From: Psilocybe cubensis | Taxonomy: Eukaryota | Length of the DNA stretch: 64,000 bases | NCBI GenBank assembly: GCA_017499595.2 | Contig: CM039005.1 | Coordinates: 1,860,001-1,924,000 of the forward strand | Direction: 5' to 3' | Shown here: in pieces, positions 25,020-37,301 of the stretch | How the letters are laid out: every line of letters begins with the position of its first letter | How positions within the stretch are numbered: position 1 is the first letter of the stretch | Position numbers and translations under genes: made by a program | The notes under the pieces: generated by a model | Seen by the model: only the letters and a program-made list of their open reading frames with translations | The model's database searches: none | What the model was told of the DNA's origin: nothing

Positions 25020-26865
25020 ATGAGCAAGAGCGAAAACCCCCCTACTATCCGCCCATTCCGCCAGCTATCTGCACCAGTAATGGATGAAGTACCCTCAATT
25101 CGCCCATTCCGCCCCTTTGATCTTCAGTATGGGTCCAGCCCACGCCAGCAGGAATATTTGCAATTGGTTATCTTTTGCAGCGCATCCAGGTTCCGTGAAG
25201 CTTTGATTCATATTTTGCAGGCCTCTGGGCAGAGGCGTAAACAGTGGATGCAGCGAAGCCTTCAAAAGGAATTGGTATGTAATTTTTACGGCCCCTTTTC
25301 CATTTCTATCTATCACATGATATGACGCTGATGTAACTATCTATCTTTAGAACTGGGTTTTGAGCCTCATCGGTCGGGGATATGTCGTCGGGTTGAACTT
25401 GGAGATTCCGCACTTGATTCGCTGTCTTGCGGACTCTCTCGGATCGGTAGACAAAGACATTCTCCCCATAAATATTGACATGGCCTTCGTTGAAATTCTT
25501 GCGAGCGGCACTCGGGAATGGGCCTTTGACAAGCGTGTCGGGTCCTACATTTATGCCTGGTGGAACTCAAACAGCGCTCCAAAGCCAGAGGACCACATGG
25601 GTACTCCGACTATCGAGGCAATTCTTTCTCATCACAAGGCTGAGTTCTACAAAACATTTGATCCTGAACCAACAACGACATTCGATGACTTGCTCAAGGC
25701 ACACATTTTCAACCAAGTTCCCGATGTCCCGGCCAATCTGCCTCTCATCCATCCTGTTCAAGTCATTCTAAACAAAGTAGGAGACACTTGTGATGCTTGC
25801 GACGCCTTTCAAAATCTTTCCATTGAAAGTATCCAGCAGCTTAGCAGTGCAAAGAATCATACCTCATCCATGTTTAGCACTGCTAACACCGAGCTTGACC
25901 GCATTTCCCGCCGTGCTATTGGATTTTTTGAGCTCTACGAGGCTTCGCAACGCGCTGCAGATTTGAACAAAGACCCCGCCATGACTCATTCCGATGAAAA
26001 TCCCGCTTCAAAATGGACCTGGGGCAGAGAACTGACAGCAAAAGAGGTGTGCTCCCTTGGAGGGAAAAAGAAGGCGTTCCACTCTGGTTATGCGGAAAGT
26101 CTGCGAGACGGTAAGCTACGTTCGCGGTCCCAACACAAAGCATCGCACTCCCCTCACGCATCCGACAATTTTGAGCCCGTCTCGCCCTTGGTTCAAGAGA
26201 AACATATGTCGGACAAATCTGTCATCCACCCCCAATACTTCAAAGATGGGACGGACAAAGGTTCAATCGCTAGTCTTATCGAAATGGCGGAAACGACGTA
26301 CAAATCGGAGTCCGACTCTGATGACAACGTCAACCACGTTGAAGGTTCTCAAACAGTGTTGGAGCTGTTGGCACAGGCCGAGTACATTTATTCCGACGAC
26401 GACGATGAAGACAAGAATTCCGAAGTCAACAACGTAGCGGCTTGCGCTCAGGCTCCACAATCGGTATCGGAATTGTTGGCGCAGGCTGAGTACATTAGCT
26501 CTGACGACAACGAGAACGGCGATGACATACAGGAGGGACACAATGGCGGAAAGGTTGCTGGAAAGAAGAGGCAAATTTCTGAAAGCCCAACCGACTCGGA
26601 CAGTGGGCCTATTAGGCAAACTAAGAATCGCAGATCGGATAGTCAGACTGTCAAGAGCAAAGGTATCTGGTATTTCAATACTTAATATCCGCACAGTTTG
26701 ACGGCTGACTGGTATACAGATAACTCAACCCCATACTTCACGAAGAGTTTTTTTGCTCGTCAATTGGATGAAGGCCTCTTTGAAAACGACGCCGACCCCA
26801 ATGCCAATGATGAAAAAGATTCCGACGATGAGGGTGTAAGCGATGGCGGGGAAATGGAAGAGTAG
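25020..26865 (+). CDS. Hypothetical acidic cargo protein of the KDZ element (3 exons)
   Basis: ORF 25020-25274, the long ORF 25351-26662 and a final exon to TAG 26863-26865, with GT-AG introns. Contains the internal repeat ELLAQAEYI-SDD twice. Confidence 0.65.
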
Positions 26866-27629
26866 GCGCTCGCCGCTGACTTCATACTGCACATAATGTT
26901 TCTTTTCAAATGTGCAATTAGATTGTGTCAATGTTATTGTTGGTTTTCTACTAAGGGGGTGAACTAATATTTACACTGTACCAACACCAATGATGCTGCA
27001 CTGAAATTCTGAAAACATAATGAGATATGAGATTTGACAGAATTGCAACATCCCGCAAACACTCACCGAATTGGAAAATTAAGAACAACGGAATATCATG
27101 CTGTACTGTCGGAAAGGCCCCGTGTCGGGATTGATGCCTCGGAGACAGACAATATTCCGACAAGTCTTGGTCTCTTAAACATACTGTGCTGTTGGGATGG
27201 CAGAATCACGGCGCGTCGGCATGGATCCTTCGTAAACAGATTGGAGGTCCAAGGGCTGGTATATCCGGTTGAAAGTGCCAAGGGAAAGCGGAATTTTGGT
27301 ATCGGGATTTTGTCGGCATGGGCTCAATTCGGATCTGTGGGTCTGACCGTACTGTTGGAGGTTGTAAGCTGTCGGAATGTCGAGTGCTATGGTCGGGCAT
27401 ATTTAATTGATGCCAATAAGCAAAACGTATTTCAGGTAAACAATCAGTAGATCTAACCTATAAACCCATTTGGACTATTCATTGAATCCATATGGCATGC
27501 TACATGTGTTACTTCCTTTGCGAGAAATGTCTGGTTCAATGGTTCAATGTATTCATTGAACCCACATAATGCAGTACATTGTTACAACCATTCTAACATA
27601 CCGTAAGATACAATGTTGCATGTCTCCCT

Positions 27630-30092
27630 GATTTGTGGTGCGTTTGGAGTCGTTTGGGATCGTGTAGTCGGTAAACGAGCATTCGGGTTGTTTGCCTTCT
27701 TGTAATCAACGAAATTGTGTTCACGAGCTGATCGACGTATGCTGGGCTGTGGAATCGATGCTGTAGACGAAATAGGTTCGTTCTTGACGGTTTCTGGCTC
27801 GTTTTCGCTGGATTTAACGTCTGTCGATTCGTTACGCTCCCCCTCAGACGATAATCCAGGAATTTCGACGTTCTGCGGCGTTTCGTTTTCGTTAAACGAT
27901 ACGTTTCGCGATGACTTCACTGTGCGCGATTTGGGATCGTAATAACGCACAGACTTCGAGCCTTCGTTAAAACCAACGAATACCTTCTTCTTCGACCGTG
28001 GCTTGAGCTTCGAAAGCCCCTTCGTCTCGTCTAACACCCATACATCGCATCCGAACTCCCGAAGGTGAGAAACATCCGGTTTCTTGTTGTGCCAGCCTTC
28101 ATATGGTGTCTTGTCGTCGAGTGCTCGAGTAGGCGCGCGGTTGCGTAAATAATTTGCGTAATTGACCGCTTCGTCCCAGAGAAAGAGAGGTAAATTCTTC
28201 GCAATAATCATCGCACGTGCTAGCTCCAACAGCGTACGATTGTAGCGCTCTGCGACGCCGTTCTGAGATGGGGAATATGGCGCCGTCGTCTCGATTTCAA
28301 TGCCTCTTTCCGCCGCCCACTTCTTAATCCGCTCGTTCACGAGTTCCTTGCCATTGTCCATGCGAATGTACCTCGGATACTGCCCAAACCTCCTCTTCAC
28401 TCGCTCCCCATGATTCTCAATCGCCTTTGCCGCCTCCTTCTTGTCCTTCAAGAAAACCACGCCGTTGTATCGCTTTGCGTCGTCCATAAACGTAATGTAG
28501 TAATAAAATCCATTTACCGAGCGTGTTCCGATAGGACCCCATACGTCGCTCATGGTTTGCTCTCCAGGAACCGTGGATCGATTTTCTGCTTCTCCAGGGA
28601 AAGGTTTATGCGTCTGCTTCGCTTGGATGCACGCCTCGCACGATGGGGATGGAATAGACGTCTCGTCCACGGAAAGACCAACGACGAGATCGTTCCGGAC
28701 GAGTTTCTGCAACGACGATACTGAGATATGGCCAAAACGACGATGCCATTGATCCCAGGTGAGTTTTGGCGAGACGTAGTTGACCTGTTCCCCTGAATTA
28801 AGCTGAGCGCGAGCATGAAGAATATACATCTGACCGCGTTTCGACCCTTTTCCAATAACCTTATCCTTCGCATCCATCAAAAGAACCTTCCCATTCTTAA
28901 ACGACGAGCTCCTCCCATCCCTCTCAAACCTTCCGAGCGACATCAAAGCATTTTCGGCTTCAGGGATGTGTAAAACGTCTTTCAAACGATGAGTAATCGT
29001 CTGCCCGTCGACATCGAAGTTGAGGATGACTGTTCCGCGGCCTGCAATGATAGCTGGACTCTTTCCGACACCACGAACGGAGGAATTAACAAGTGGCGTA
29101 TACTCGATGAAGGCTTCACGGACGGGACAAACGTGACTGGTGGTTGCAGAATCGTAAAGCCAGTCGTAACGAGAGAAGTTCGACGTCGAGTACGTGTGGT
29201 ACGCAACCTCATCGTTGAGCGTAGTGTTGACGTCCTCCCGAGCCTGATTCGTCCGCCCTCTATTCTTCGTCTTCCGCCCCCTCGGACCCTTTCCTTCACG
29301 ACCTCCGCCCTTCGCCCAGCAATCCTTCGAAATGTGCCCCATCTTGTGGCAATTATAGCACTCCTTCCCGCCGCTGCCATCCCTCGAACCATTACCCTTT
29401 CCATCCGACGACCCTTGACCTCCACGAACTTGAAGCGTAGTCCCTCCGGCACCATCACCTCCACGCTCCTTCCGACGACGAGCTTCTTCAAGGAGAACAC
29501 CAACGAGCTCTTGCGAAGTGAGCGTAGGACGATTCCCGCTCGAGCCCAAAAAGGATGACGCATAATTCTCCCAAGATTCCGGCAACGAGGTGAGCAAAAT
29601 CATGACGAAATCTTCATCCGAAACAATGCTGCCCATGATGTGCAGCTCCTCCTGGAATTGACGTAGCTTTGCGATATGCTCTGCCATGTCGCATCCCTCC
29701 TCTGCGGTTGCCCGGAAAAGTGCTCGTCGTGTCGCCAAAACACCGAGTCGTCCCTTGGATTCCTTCACTGTGCACAACTGCGTCCACATTTCGCGCGCCG
29801 TGCGCGCTCCCAGGACGTGTACCATCTCCGCATCGCTTAACGCGAGTTCGATCCTGCATCGCGCTTTCGCATCTCCCTTATCCCACGCTGTCTGAGCTGC
29901 GATTTCTTCCGCCGTGGGTGCGTTCGGTTTCGCTGATCCTGGTCGAAGCGACGTGCCGTCCACGTATTTCTCCAGTCCGAGGTCCACCAGTACTGCTAGC
30001 ATGCGCCGCTTCCACGGCATCCAATTGTGGGCCTTCAGTGTGTCGATGCGATATCCGCCGATGTTGACTTCCGCGGTTGTCGAGTCAGCCAT
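27630..30092 (-). CDS. Copia gag-protease-integrase (N-terminal part of a single gag-pol ORF)
   Basis: Gag LLTSLPESW, CCHC knuckle CYNCHKMGHISKDC, protease WLYDSATTSH, integrase WHRRFGH..CEAC, SDVWGP, MDNGKE and QNGVAER. Confidence 0.96.
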
Positions 30093-30175
30093 TTGACGTC
30101 GAGTACAAGTTTAGATATAGATCGATAAGAATAGAACGAGTTTAGAACAAAGCGAGCTTTAGTTATGACCTCTCG

Positions 30176-30187
30176 GGGCCCATAACC
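30176..30187 (-). promoter_or_regulatory. Primer binding site GGTTATGGGCCC (internal half-tRNA-iMet type)
   Basis: Directly follows the 5' LTR on the minus strand. It resembles the Drosophila copia/Ty5-type PBS, which pairs with the tRNA-iMet anticodon region. Confidence 0.85.
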
Positions 30188-30366
30188 TGTTGTAAGTAAA
30201 GTGCGCAGTGGTGGTAAAAGATGTAGATTCACGACGTAGCTACACGGTTGTACCTACAGTAACTACGGAACCTTTAGTAGAATAATCTAGAAAATATGAT
30301 AAGATAAACTACCAGAGAAAGATAACGACTTAGCGACGAAGTCGCTCGCCGACTATGATTCCAACA
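30188..30366 (-). repeat. 5' LTR of the copia element
   Basis: 179 bp, identical by eye to 12222-12400, flanked by TSD CAATG. Confidence 0.96.
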
Positions 30367-31444
30367 CAATGTTCGCAGCGGAAGTAACGATGATATTTGC
30401 AACAAATGTATAATGCGATATCATGACCATCTTCGTGGACACAGTTTATTTTGGTCAAAATTGGGAGAAATATTGTACATGACCAGATGAACGTTACCTT
30501 TGGTGGGCCAGTAGTACCGCTAGATAGGCTATAAAATGCCATCAGCCTCTTGCTTTCCCCTCGTTCCAGTATCCTCCCTGTCACCACCTCCGTTGTCAGA
30601 CAACCTTTCCGAATTAGCGATTCAATCGTCTGGAACCCTTTAAAGCGTGATTGTGGGGGCTCAGATAAACTATCTTGCTCATCTAGCACAAGAACGCGTT
30701 CCACAGAGATACCCGCTTGTCGCACTGCGGTGACTACAGCGTTAAGACCATCCGAATGTGTAATGATGAGAGTAGGCTTCGACAAGTCGATAACTTGAAT
30801 GAGTTCCGGCACTGTGTATGCTGGGTTACAGGGTCTAAAAATGAATGTAAGAGTGTAATGCGCCGGGAGAGTAATTATCTTCAAAAGCCAAGGCTCACGC
30901 TATAATTCCAAGCAGTCGATGGACAGCCCAGACGCATATAGGATAATCTGATACAAATCCACACCTTAGTAAGAGTGCAGCATGGTGAGTATAGAACAAT
31001 GTGACACAACCTATATGATTACTGCTAAAAATCAAGACTGGAGACAAACAAAATATGAACCGAGTTATTGTTCAAATAAAATAATGGACCTACCAACGTC
31101 GTTTTCGCCTGGATAGAATAAACGGTAAAAAAGGTATTATATTTACGCGATGAACCTTACCTATAAAATATTCATCGCGGAGACTGACAGCGAGTCCATT
31201 TGTACGTTGATGAATCTCATGCAGGACGATAAATGAGCTTTTTGGTGATTAAAGTTTGGAGAAAAATACCAACCTCCTCCAGCCCAATTGTCTTCCCTGA
31301 CCCCTCGGAAACAAGCCATGGGACACCCGAAGGACACACTGGTCGAAATTCATGAAGTGTGTCCAAAATAAATTGAGGAACTGTCAAGTCTTCGGGAACC
31401 GACTCTGGATACCTGGCCGACGAGTGAAACTCCACACCCGTTAT
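30367..31444 (-). pseudogene. 5' part of the 4CL-like acyl-CoA synthetase
   Basis: EDLTVPQFILD, NPAYTVPEL and AMP-binding SLSSGTTGPPK. The exon MISHYTFVANIIVTSAANI continues across the TSD into VGPKSPRFVPGDRCLAVLPFF. Confidence 0.9.
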
Positions 31445-32148
31445 GAAGTAGTACGGAAAAGATGGGCACGTTTATGTCTCTTCGAAAACGAAAAAAACAG
31501 CAACTGAACTATGGATAAGTGAGCAAGAGGCGGGTCAGGTACCCAGCGCCTTGTCAGCGTGAGTAGGGGAATCATCCGAGAGCATCTGTCAACTCTAAAG
31601 TGAGCGAATATGTACGAACATGGTTTTTTTCCCTCGTCACTGTGATTCAATCGATTGCATAGAAGCGTAACATGTAAATCGACGAGTTCACTGTAGAGTT
31701 TGCGCCTGATGGTATAAATTGCTGTTATACTCTGTAAGGTCTCATCGGAGGATTGAAAGTCAGTCACTCAGTGGCAGTGCAGAATTTCGAGACATTGCAA
31801 GAGTCGCGGCAATTACCGCTCGGCGTTGGAATCATCACGTTCAACTTTCATGTTCACCATTCACTAGTCACTTGCAACTTGTTCAATTCAACCACTATCA
31901 CAGAGAAAGTCAAATGAAGTATCGGTCGGATCTCGGTTTCTGTCGTTATTTACGATCCAAAGCGGCCCTCTTGGAGCCGTCGTGCATAGCTCGTGCGATC
32001 GCGGATATTTCTCTGTAATTATACGCAATGTATATGCTACTTCATCACCCAGAAGACATGTCACCGGATTTTCCTCTGCTTCTAACGATGGGTTCGCAAC
32101 GATAGTATAAATGGAATATTCAGCAAGTTTAAGGATTAGGTGCCAACC

Positions 32149-33649
32149 ATGCGACTTCAGAGCAAAGGATTGCTCGTCCTCGTCGGCGCTGGGCTGATCG
32201 CATGCCCAGTCGCAGCAGATTTCACGTCGACTATCGACCCAACCTCGAATAGGGGGAACTGGAAAGGCTGGGGAGTTTCTCTTGCATGGTGGGGGAAGAT
32301 ATTTGGGACCAGGGATGACCTTGCGGACATTTTCTTCACGCGCAACTCTGTGTCTTTCAGCGGGAGCACTTTACCTGGCCTTGGACTCAACGTCGTGCGC
32401 TACAATGCAGGTGCATCGGGGTCTAACAGTTACAACGGGTCTTCTATGGCATCCAATAATATCTTACCTAGTCGCAAGATTGATGGCTACTGGATCAACT
32501 GGGGTAGCTCGGACCCAACGTCGTCCAGCTGGAATTGGTCGCTGGATCCGAACCAGCGTGCAATGTTGACCAAGGCAAAGAGTCGAGGAGCCAACTATTT
32601 TGAACTCTTTTCCAATTCACCTATGTGGTGGATGTGCCAAAATCACAATCCAGCCGGCGCAAAAGGCGGAGGTAAGTATTATTTGTTTCATTGAGCTATC
32701 ACCACGCTCAACAAATTTATTAGGCGAGAACATTCAATCTTGGAACATTGCCAACCATGCTGTCTACCTTGCGACAATTGCAAAATATGCTCAAACCAAC
32801 TGGGGTATCACTTTCACCTCCGTCGAGCCGTTCAACGAGCCGAGCTCGAATTGGTGGACCGATACCAACAACCAAGAAGGCAGCTTCTTCAGCATCGCGA
32901 CTCAAAAGACTGTCATCAGCAACCTTCGTACTGAGCTAAACAACCGCGGCCTGCAGTCCACTCTCGTTGCCGCCTCCGACGAAAATACCTATGACATAGC
33001 CACATCCACATGGAATAGCTTCGATTCGACCACCCGCAATAACATTGGAAGAATCAACGTGCACGGGTATCAGGACACTGGCGGCCGCCGGGACCTGCTG
33101 TACAATGCAGCGCAAAGTGCCGGTCGTGAAATTTGGAACAGTGAATACGGGGACAGCGATGCAACAGGGAAGCTTCTGGCCCAGGACCTTCTTATGGATT
33201 TCAACTGGCTGCACCCTACCGCGTGGACATATTGGCAGGCCATTGACGTCAGCGGCTGGGGCCTGATTGTCGGCGACCTTGAAGGGAACACGCTCTCCAG
33301 CGTCGCGAAGAAATACTTCGTCCTCGCACATTTTACGCGCCACATCCGCGAGGGCATGCGGATCCTCGACACGGGCAACAACAACGTCGCGGCTGCGTAT
33401 GACTCGGCCAACCAGAAGCTCATCATCGTTGCTGCCAACTTTGACAGTACACAGTATATCAATTTTGATCTTTCGAAGTTCAGCAGGTACCCGAGTAGTG
33501 GAACCTTGATACCCCGATGGTCGACTCACATGGGCAGCTCTGAAAATTATGCGACTTACAGCGATACCTTTATGAGCGGCACCAAGTTTTGGTCCAACTT
33601 TGACCAAAACGTAGTGCAGACTTTCGAGGTCAGCGGCGTTAGCTTGTAG
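32149..33649 (+). CDS. Secreted GH30 endo-beta-1,6-galactanase (GH30_5-like), one intron at about 32672-32724
   Basis: Signal peptide, WKGWGVSLAWW, GLGLNVVRYNAG, ELFSNSPMWWM, acid/base FNEP, INVHGYQ, nucleophile WNSEYG and WTYWQ. Confidence 0.88.
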
Positions 33650-34367
33650 GTCACCAGGAAATTCTCGTATACGTGTTGTACTATACGTCCTTGAGAATCT
33701 CAAGAAATTGGACAATTTTTTGGATGGAAGCATTTTGTTCGATCTTCCAAAGTTGTGCCTTCACCTAGACAAAATGATGTTACTTTTCATTGTCGATAAC
33801 AACTGCCTACTAGCTGTTATGCCTCAAAAAGGTGACTCACTGCGGGCTTGATTGATCAGTGCCCATTGTACAAATGCTGTAGAACAGTGGCGGGAGCATT
33901 GACGTCTTCCGCGAAATTTCATCGGCGTTTCTTCGCATTAGTTCAGGTATGTACTAAGCGGAGAGCCAGTAATTTGTGGTGAGATTGTAGCATAGTGTGA
34001 GACATAATGGTCGATGCAAGTACCATGGGCATGGTTCAGATGAAAGAAACAAGTTGGATTTCAATACGACGCGGGCAATGCCGATTTCATGCCGAAAGCA
34101 TCTTCGGCCTCACCAGCGTTAAATTGGGTTCAACTCCATTTCTTGTTCATGTCTCCCCATGTTGTCCGCTATCAATTTCGTCCCGCCTCCGTATCGTTGT
34201 GTTTGTGGAAATGCAATAGCGCCACATTTACTAAGTACAGCAAACAATCCTTATTTTTTCTTCAAAGGGAGAACTTCGTTCGTCGTGAGATGGCCACTCG
34301 TCTCACATGTTAAGAAATACTTACTGGCACTTTAGGAATGCGCTGCGGTCTAGTGTTCCCGGCGCAA

Positions 34368-36623
34368 ATGGCATTTTCAACGCAAGCAAAACGGGTCGAC
34401 TCTATTTTTTATCAACTTCCTCCTGCGCCGCCACACTCGCTACTGAATTTTACAACGCTTCCGTCACCCACTCCACCGTCTCCCGTTAAACATTGGGAGG
34501 AAGATGTTTTAGCTCATCGCAAGCTTTTCCATTGCATTAAATCTCTTCATAAACGTATAGGATACAATCGTCGTCGAATTGTTGAATGGCCTGTGGAATC
34601 CTCAAACACATCTAGGTAGGCACGATATTGAATGGTGTGCATTGGAAACGCTGAGTCATTATCGCAGTCTCTCACCGGCAGACTATATGCAGTCACTCAT
34701 AAGCCCCATTGCAAACTTATTAAATACGCTTCACGGCCCACATGTGCTACAAGGCAATCCAATGGGATGTGTCAAAGTTGAACTTGGAAACTGTGAGCCG
34801 TTGTCCTTGAGTGATTTAATAATCACTTCTCATCTTTGACTTTTTCTCGCAGCCATTGTGGGAGCCACTTTTACTTGCGACAAAGACTTCAAGTTTTTCT
34901 CCGCTCTTCCCCCATATATATTGTTTGTGGTAAGTCAGGCGTAGTTTCTCATGCATCAAACGGAATAATAATACATGTTACAGCCAAATGAACTATTCGA
35001 GCCTGACGGCCAGACGTGCTCCGCCGACCTCAAATTCGCGTTTTCAAAGATCTCGGATTCTGCATCATCAGTCATCGTGACAAATTTTAAAGATGTTGCA
35101 GTCTTCTTTATGAGCAAAGGCGGGCACATTCCTTTAGGAAGAGACGTTTTTATGAAGGTAGAAACATCCGAAATTCCAGCGACATTGAGAGTTTTAGCAG
35201 CAGCTTGCTTGCTCGATGCATTGCCGCCGTTTGGCTATATCGAAGGCCCTGATCTGGACGCTGGAATCTGGAATGAGGACATCATTCTTCCGATGGGTCC
35301 GCCTCAAAACCCCGACCAACCTTTGCATTCCGATGAACACTTGATTGCTACATGTCACCGGAATTCTGACTTTGACCTCGCTACTTTGGTACGAGATCGC
35401 GGCAGGGCTCTCCAGTTTTTTCGATGGAATAAACATATGCTACAACATAAATCCAAACTAGTTGCTCAGGCAAACAGTACCCTACAGGGAAACACAAACC
35501 AACGTTTCAATCCAGCTATACATGTTCCACCCCCCTTGTATCCATTTGATCCATCCGAGATACCTTCGGACACTAAGAATCATCTTCAGATGATATACTG
35601 CGATTCTCCGCTGTCTCAAGGAGGGCTTGACGATGCGTTAGCACAAAGTAAATCATTTACAATTCGTATTCAAGACGTGCTAGCGGAAGGAGAGAAGAAG
35701 GGATTTTGCACTGTTTACCGCTGCCAACTGACCTCAATCGATGGGCGCTCCGTGTCGTCCTCCCCTTTGCTTTGCTTGAAACTTTTCGACGACCGATTCC
35801 AAGATTTACATGATTTGATTGACTACGAAGATCCTATTCCCCTCTGGTTTGGCCCGGTGTTCTTCGCCGAAGACCGTGCTGATATAGAGACAACGGTTTA
35901 TGATAAACTTCGATCTGTACAGGGAACGGTTGTTCCTTGGTTCTATGGGCAACATCAGGTAGGAATTATGGCTGAATGGTCTTTTTTGTGATTAATAACT
36001 CTTGATAGTTTATTCTACCTAATGGAGTGGCCGTTCAAGGACTACTCATGGAATACATCGATGGATACCATCTGAATTCCGAACGTGTGAATGAATTGAG
36101 TTATGCTCAACAGATCCAAGTTGTGCGTATTGATGTCGTTGGTCCTTCAGAGAGGCTAATGTAGCTATACCAGATTCAGAGTTGTCGCCATGCTGTCCGT
36201 GTTCTGGATGCAGGCGATATTACTCAGATGGATTGGCATGATGGCCAATTTTTACTGTATACACATCCAACTGCCCAAGTGGAATGCGTCGTTCTCCTCG
36301 ACTTTTCAATGACACATCAAACCTTCGAGCCAAATTTCATTAATCACCGGCAGAATTGTTTCAGGATGATGCGTGCCCTTCTAAATTCCGGCCCCCCGTC
36401 GGGGGGGCTCGATTCTGAATTGATTTTTCAGTACTACGACAATCCTGACAAATGGGATCCTGTGATGGCTTTAGTTACGGATAGGAAAGGGCGGCAAAAA
36501 TGGATGGAATACACAGGCAGTGTGTTTCCGTATCTAGAATTGGAGGAACCGCCAGCTCAACTAGAAGAGGATATCAAAATATCCTGGATCAATGCCATTT
36601 CTCACATGTCATCCAGTAAATGA
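34368..36623 (+). CDS. Atypical protein-kinase-like protein, copy A (6 exons)
   Basis: LCLKLFDDR, E..Y.KL..VQG.VVPWFYG, LLMEYIDG hinge, ITQMDWHDGQF catalytic-loop-like motif and LLDFS. The start codon is uncertain (34338 or 34368). Confidence 0.7.
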
Positions 36624-37301
36624 AAATTGGACCGATTCTCCCTGAGGGGTCTTATGAAGGAACCAATGTCTGCGTCACCTTTTCCGGGCCCGGCATAGTA
36701 CATTTCTTGATAGCATCCGTACCAGTAATCATGACCAGAGCAATTAATTGAATATTCCGTCAAACATTGTATCGAGTTGGCCAAAGCGATAGCAGTACAA
36801 AAACCCATAGACCGTAGTGAGTATCGGAGTCTTTTTTCTTCTTTTGGGAATCTGCTTACTATCGTGCAACAAGCAATCGGAGTGCTATGACGCACGGGTG
36901 AGTGTTTTCCCTACGCTAATGTATATCGTTGCTATCGAACGGGGCCTAAGAAACTAGCTGTAGGTGTATGTTTGTTTCGTCGGCGTTTTCGGGGCGTCGT
37001 ATGTGAAAGAACATGTATTGAAATTTAGAAGAGAATACGTATAAGTGAATCGATATAAAGGGGTGTATCAGAGTGTGAAAGGTGACCGTGCGTTAGGGCT
37101 CGATGTTGGCGTCAATTTCCACGGAAAAAAGGAAGCACAAGGTCACGGTCATGGCCAAACAGCGTTCTTCACCCGATACATTTATGAGCGGCGCCGTGAG
37201 TTAGACGAAAACGCAGTGCAGACTTTTGAGGTTAGCGGCGTTGGCTTGCATTAGCTTGTAAGTCTGTAGGAAATCCACAAAAGTCCTTTTAAACACCTTG
37301 T
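34382..37301 (+). repeat. Tandem segmental duplication, unit A
   Basis: Highly similar to 37785-40611 across exons, introns and 3' flank. Similarity ends at AAACACCTTGT. Confidence 0.9.

Larger units (their letters stand above)
14123..27629 (+). mobile_element. 13.5-kb KDZ-class (CxC2, Dileera/Zisupton-like) DNA transposon with four extra genes, nested in copia pol
   Basis: Exact 8-bp TSD GATTTGTG at 14115-14122 and 27630-27637. Removing the element restores the pol frame (…TPNAPQIATKST…). Subterminal inverted motifs and an internal KDZ transposase are present. Confidence 0.93.
12222..30366 (-). mobile_element. Ty1/copia LTR retrotransposon (4630 bp without the nested element), inserted in an exon of the acyl-CoA ligase
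   Basis: Two 179-bp TG...CA LTRs, 5-bp TSD CAATG at 12217-12221 and 30367-30371, PBS, PPT and domain order gag-PR-IN-RT-RH. Confidence 0.97.

Noticed and set aside
27034-27450. 138-aa ORF near the right end of the KDZ element
   Set aside because: It has a non-ATG start and no motifs or splice support.
14123-27629. TET/JBP dioxygenase cargo, often associated with fungal KDZ elements
   Set aside because: No HxD...H...R 2OG-Fe(II) pattern was recognisable in the cargo ORFs. A profile search would be needed to exclude it fully.
14123-27629. Starship-like giant element
   Set aside because: There is no tyrosine-recombinase captain gene. The mobility enzyme is a KDZ transposase with an 8-bp TSD.
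32936-33733. 265-aa minus-strand ORF
   Set aside because: It is the antisense shadow of the GH30 coding sequence.
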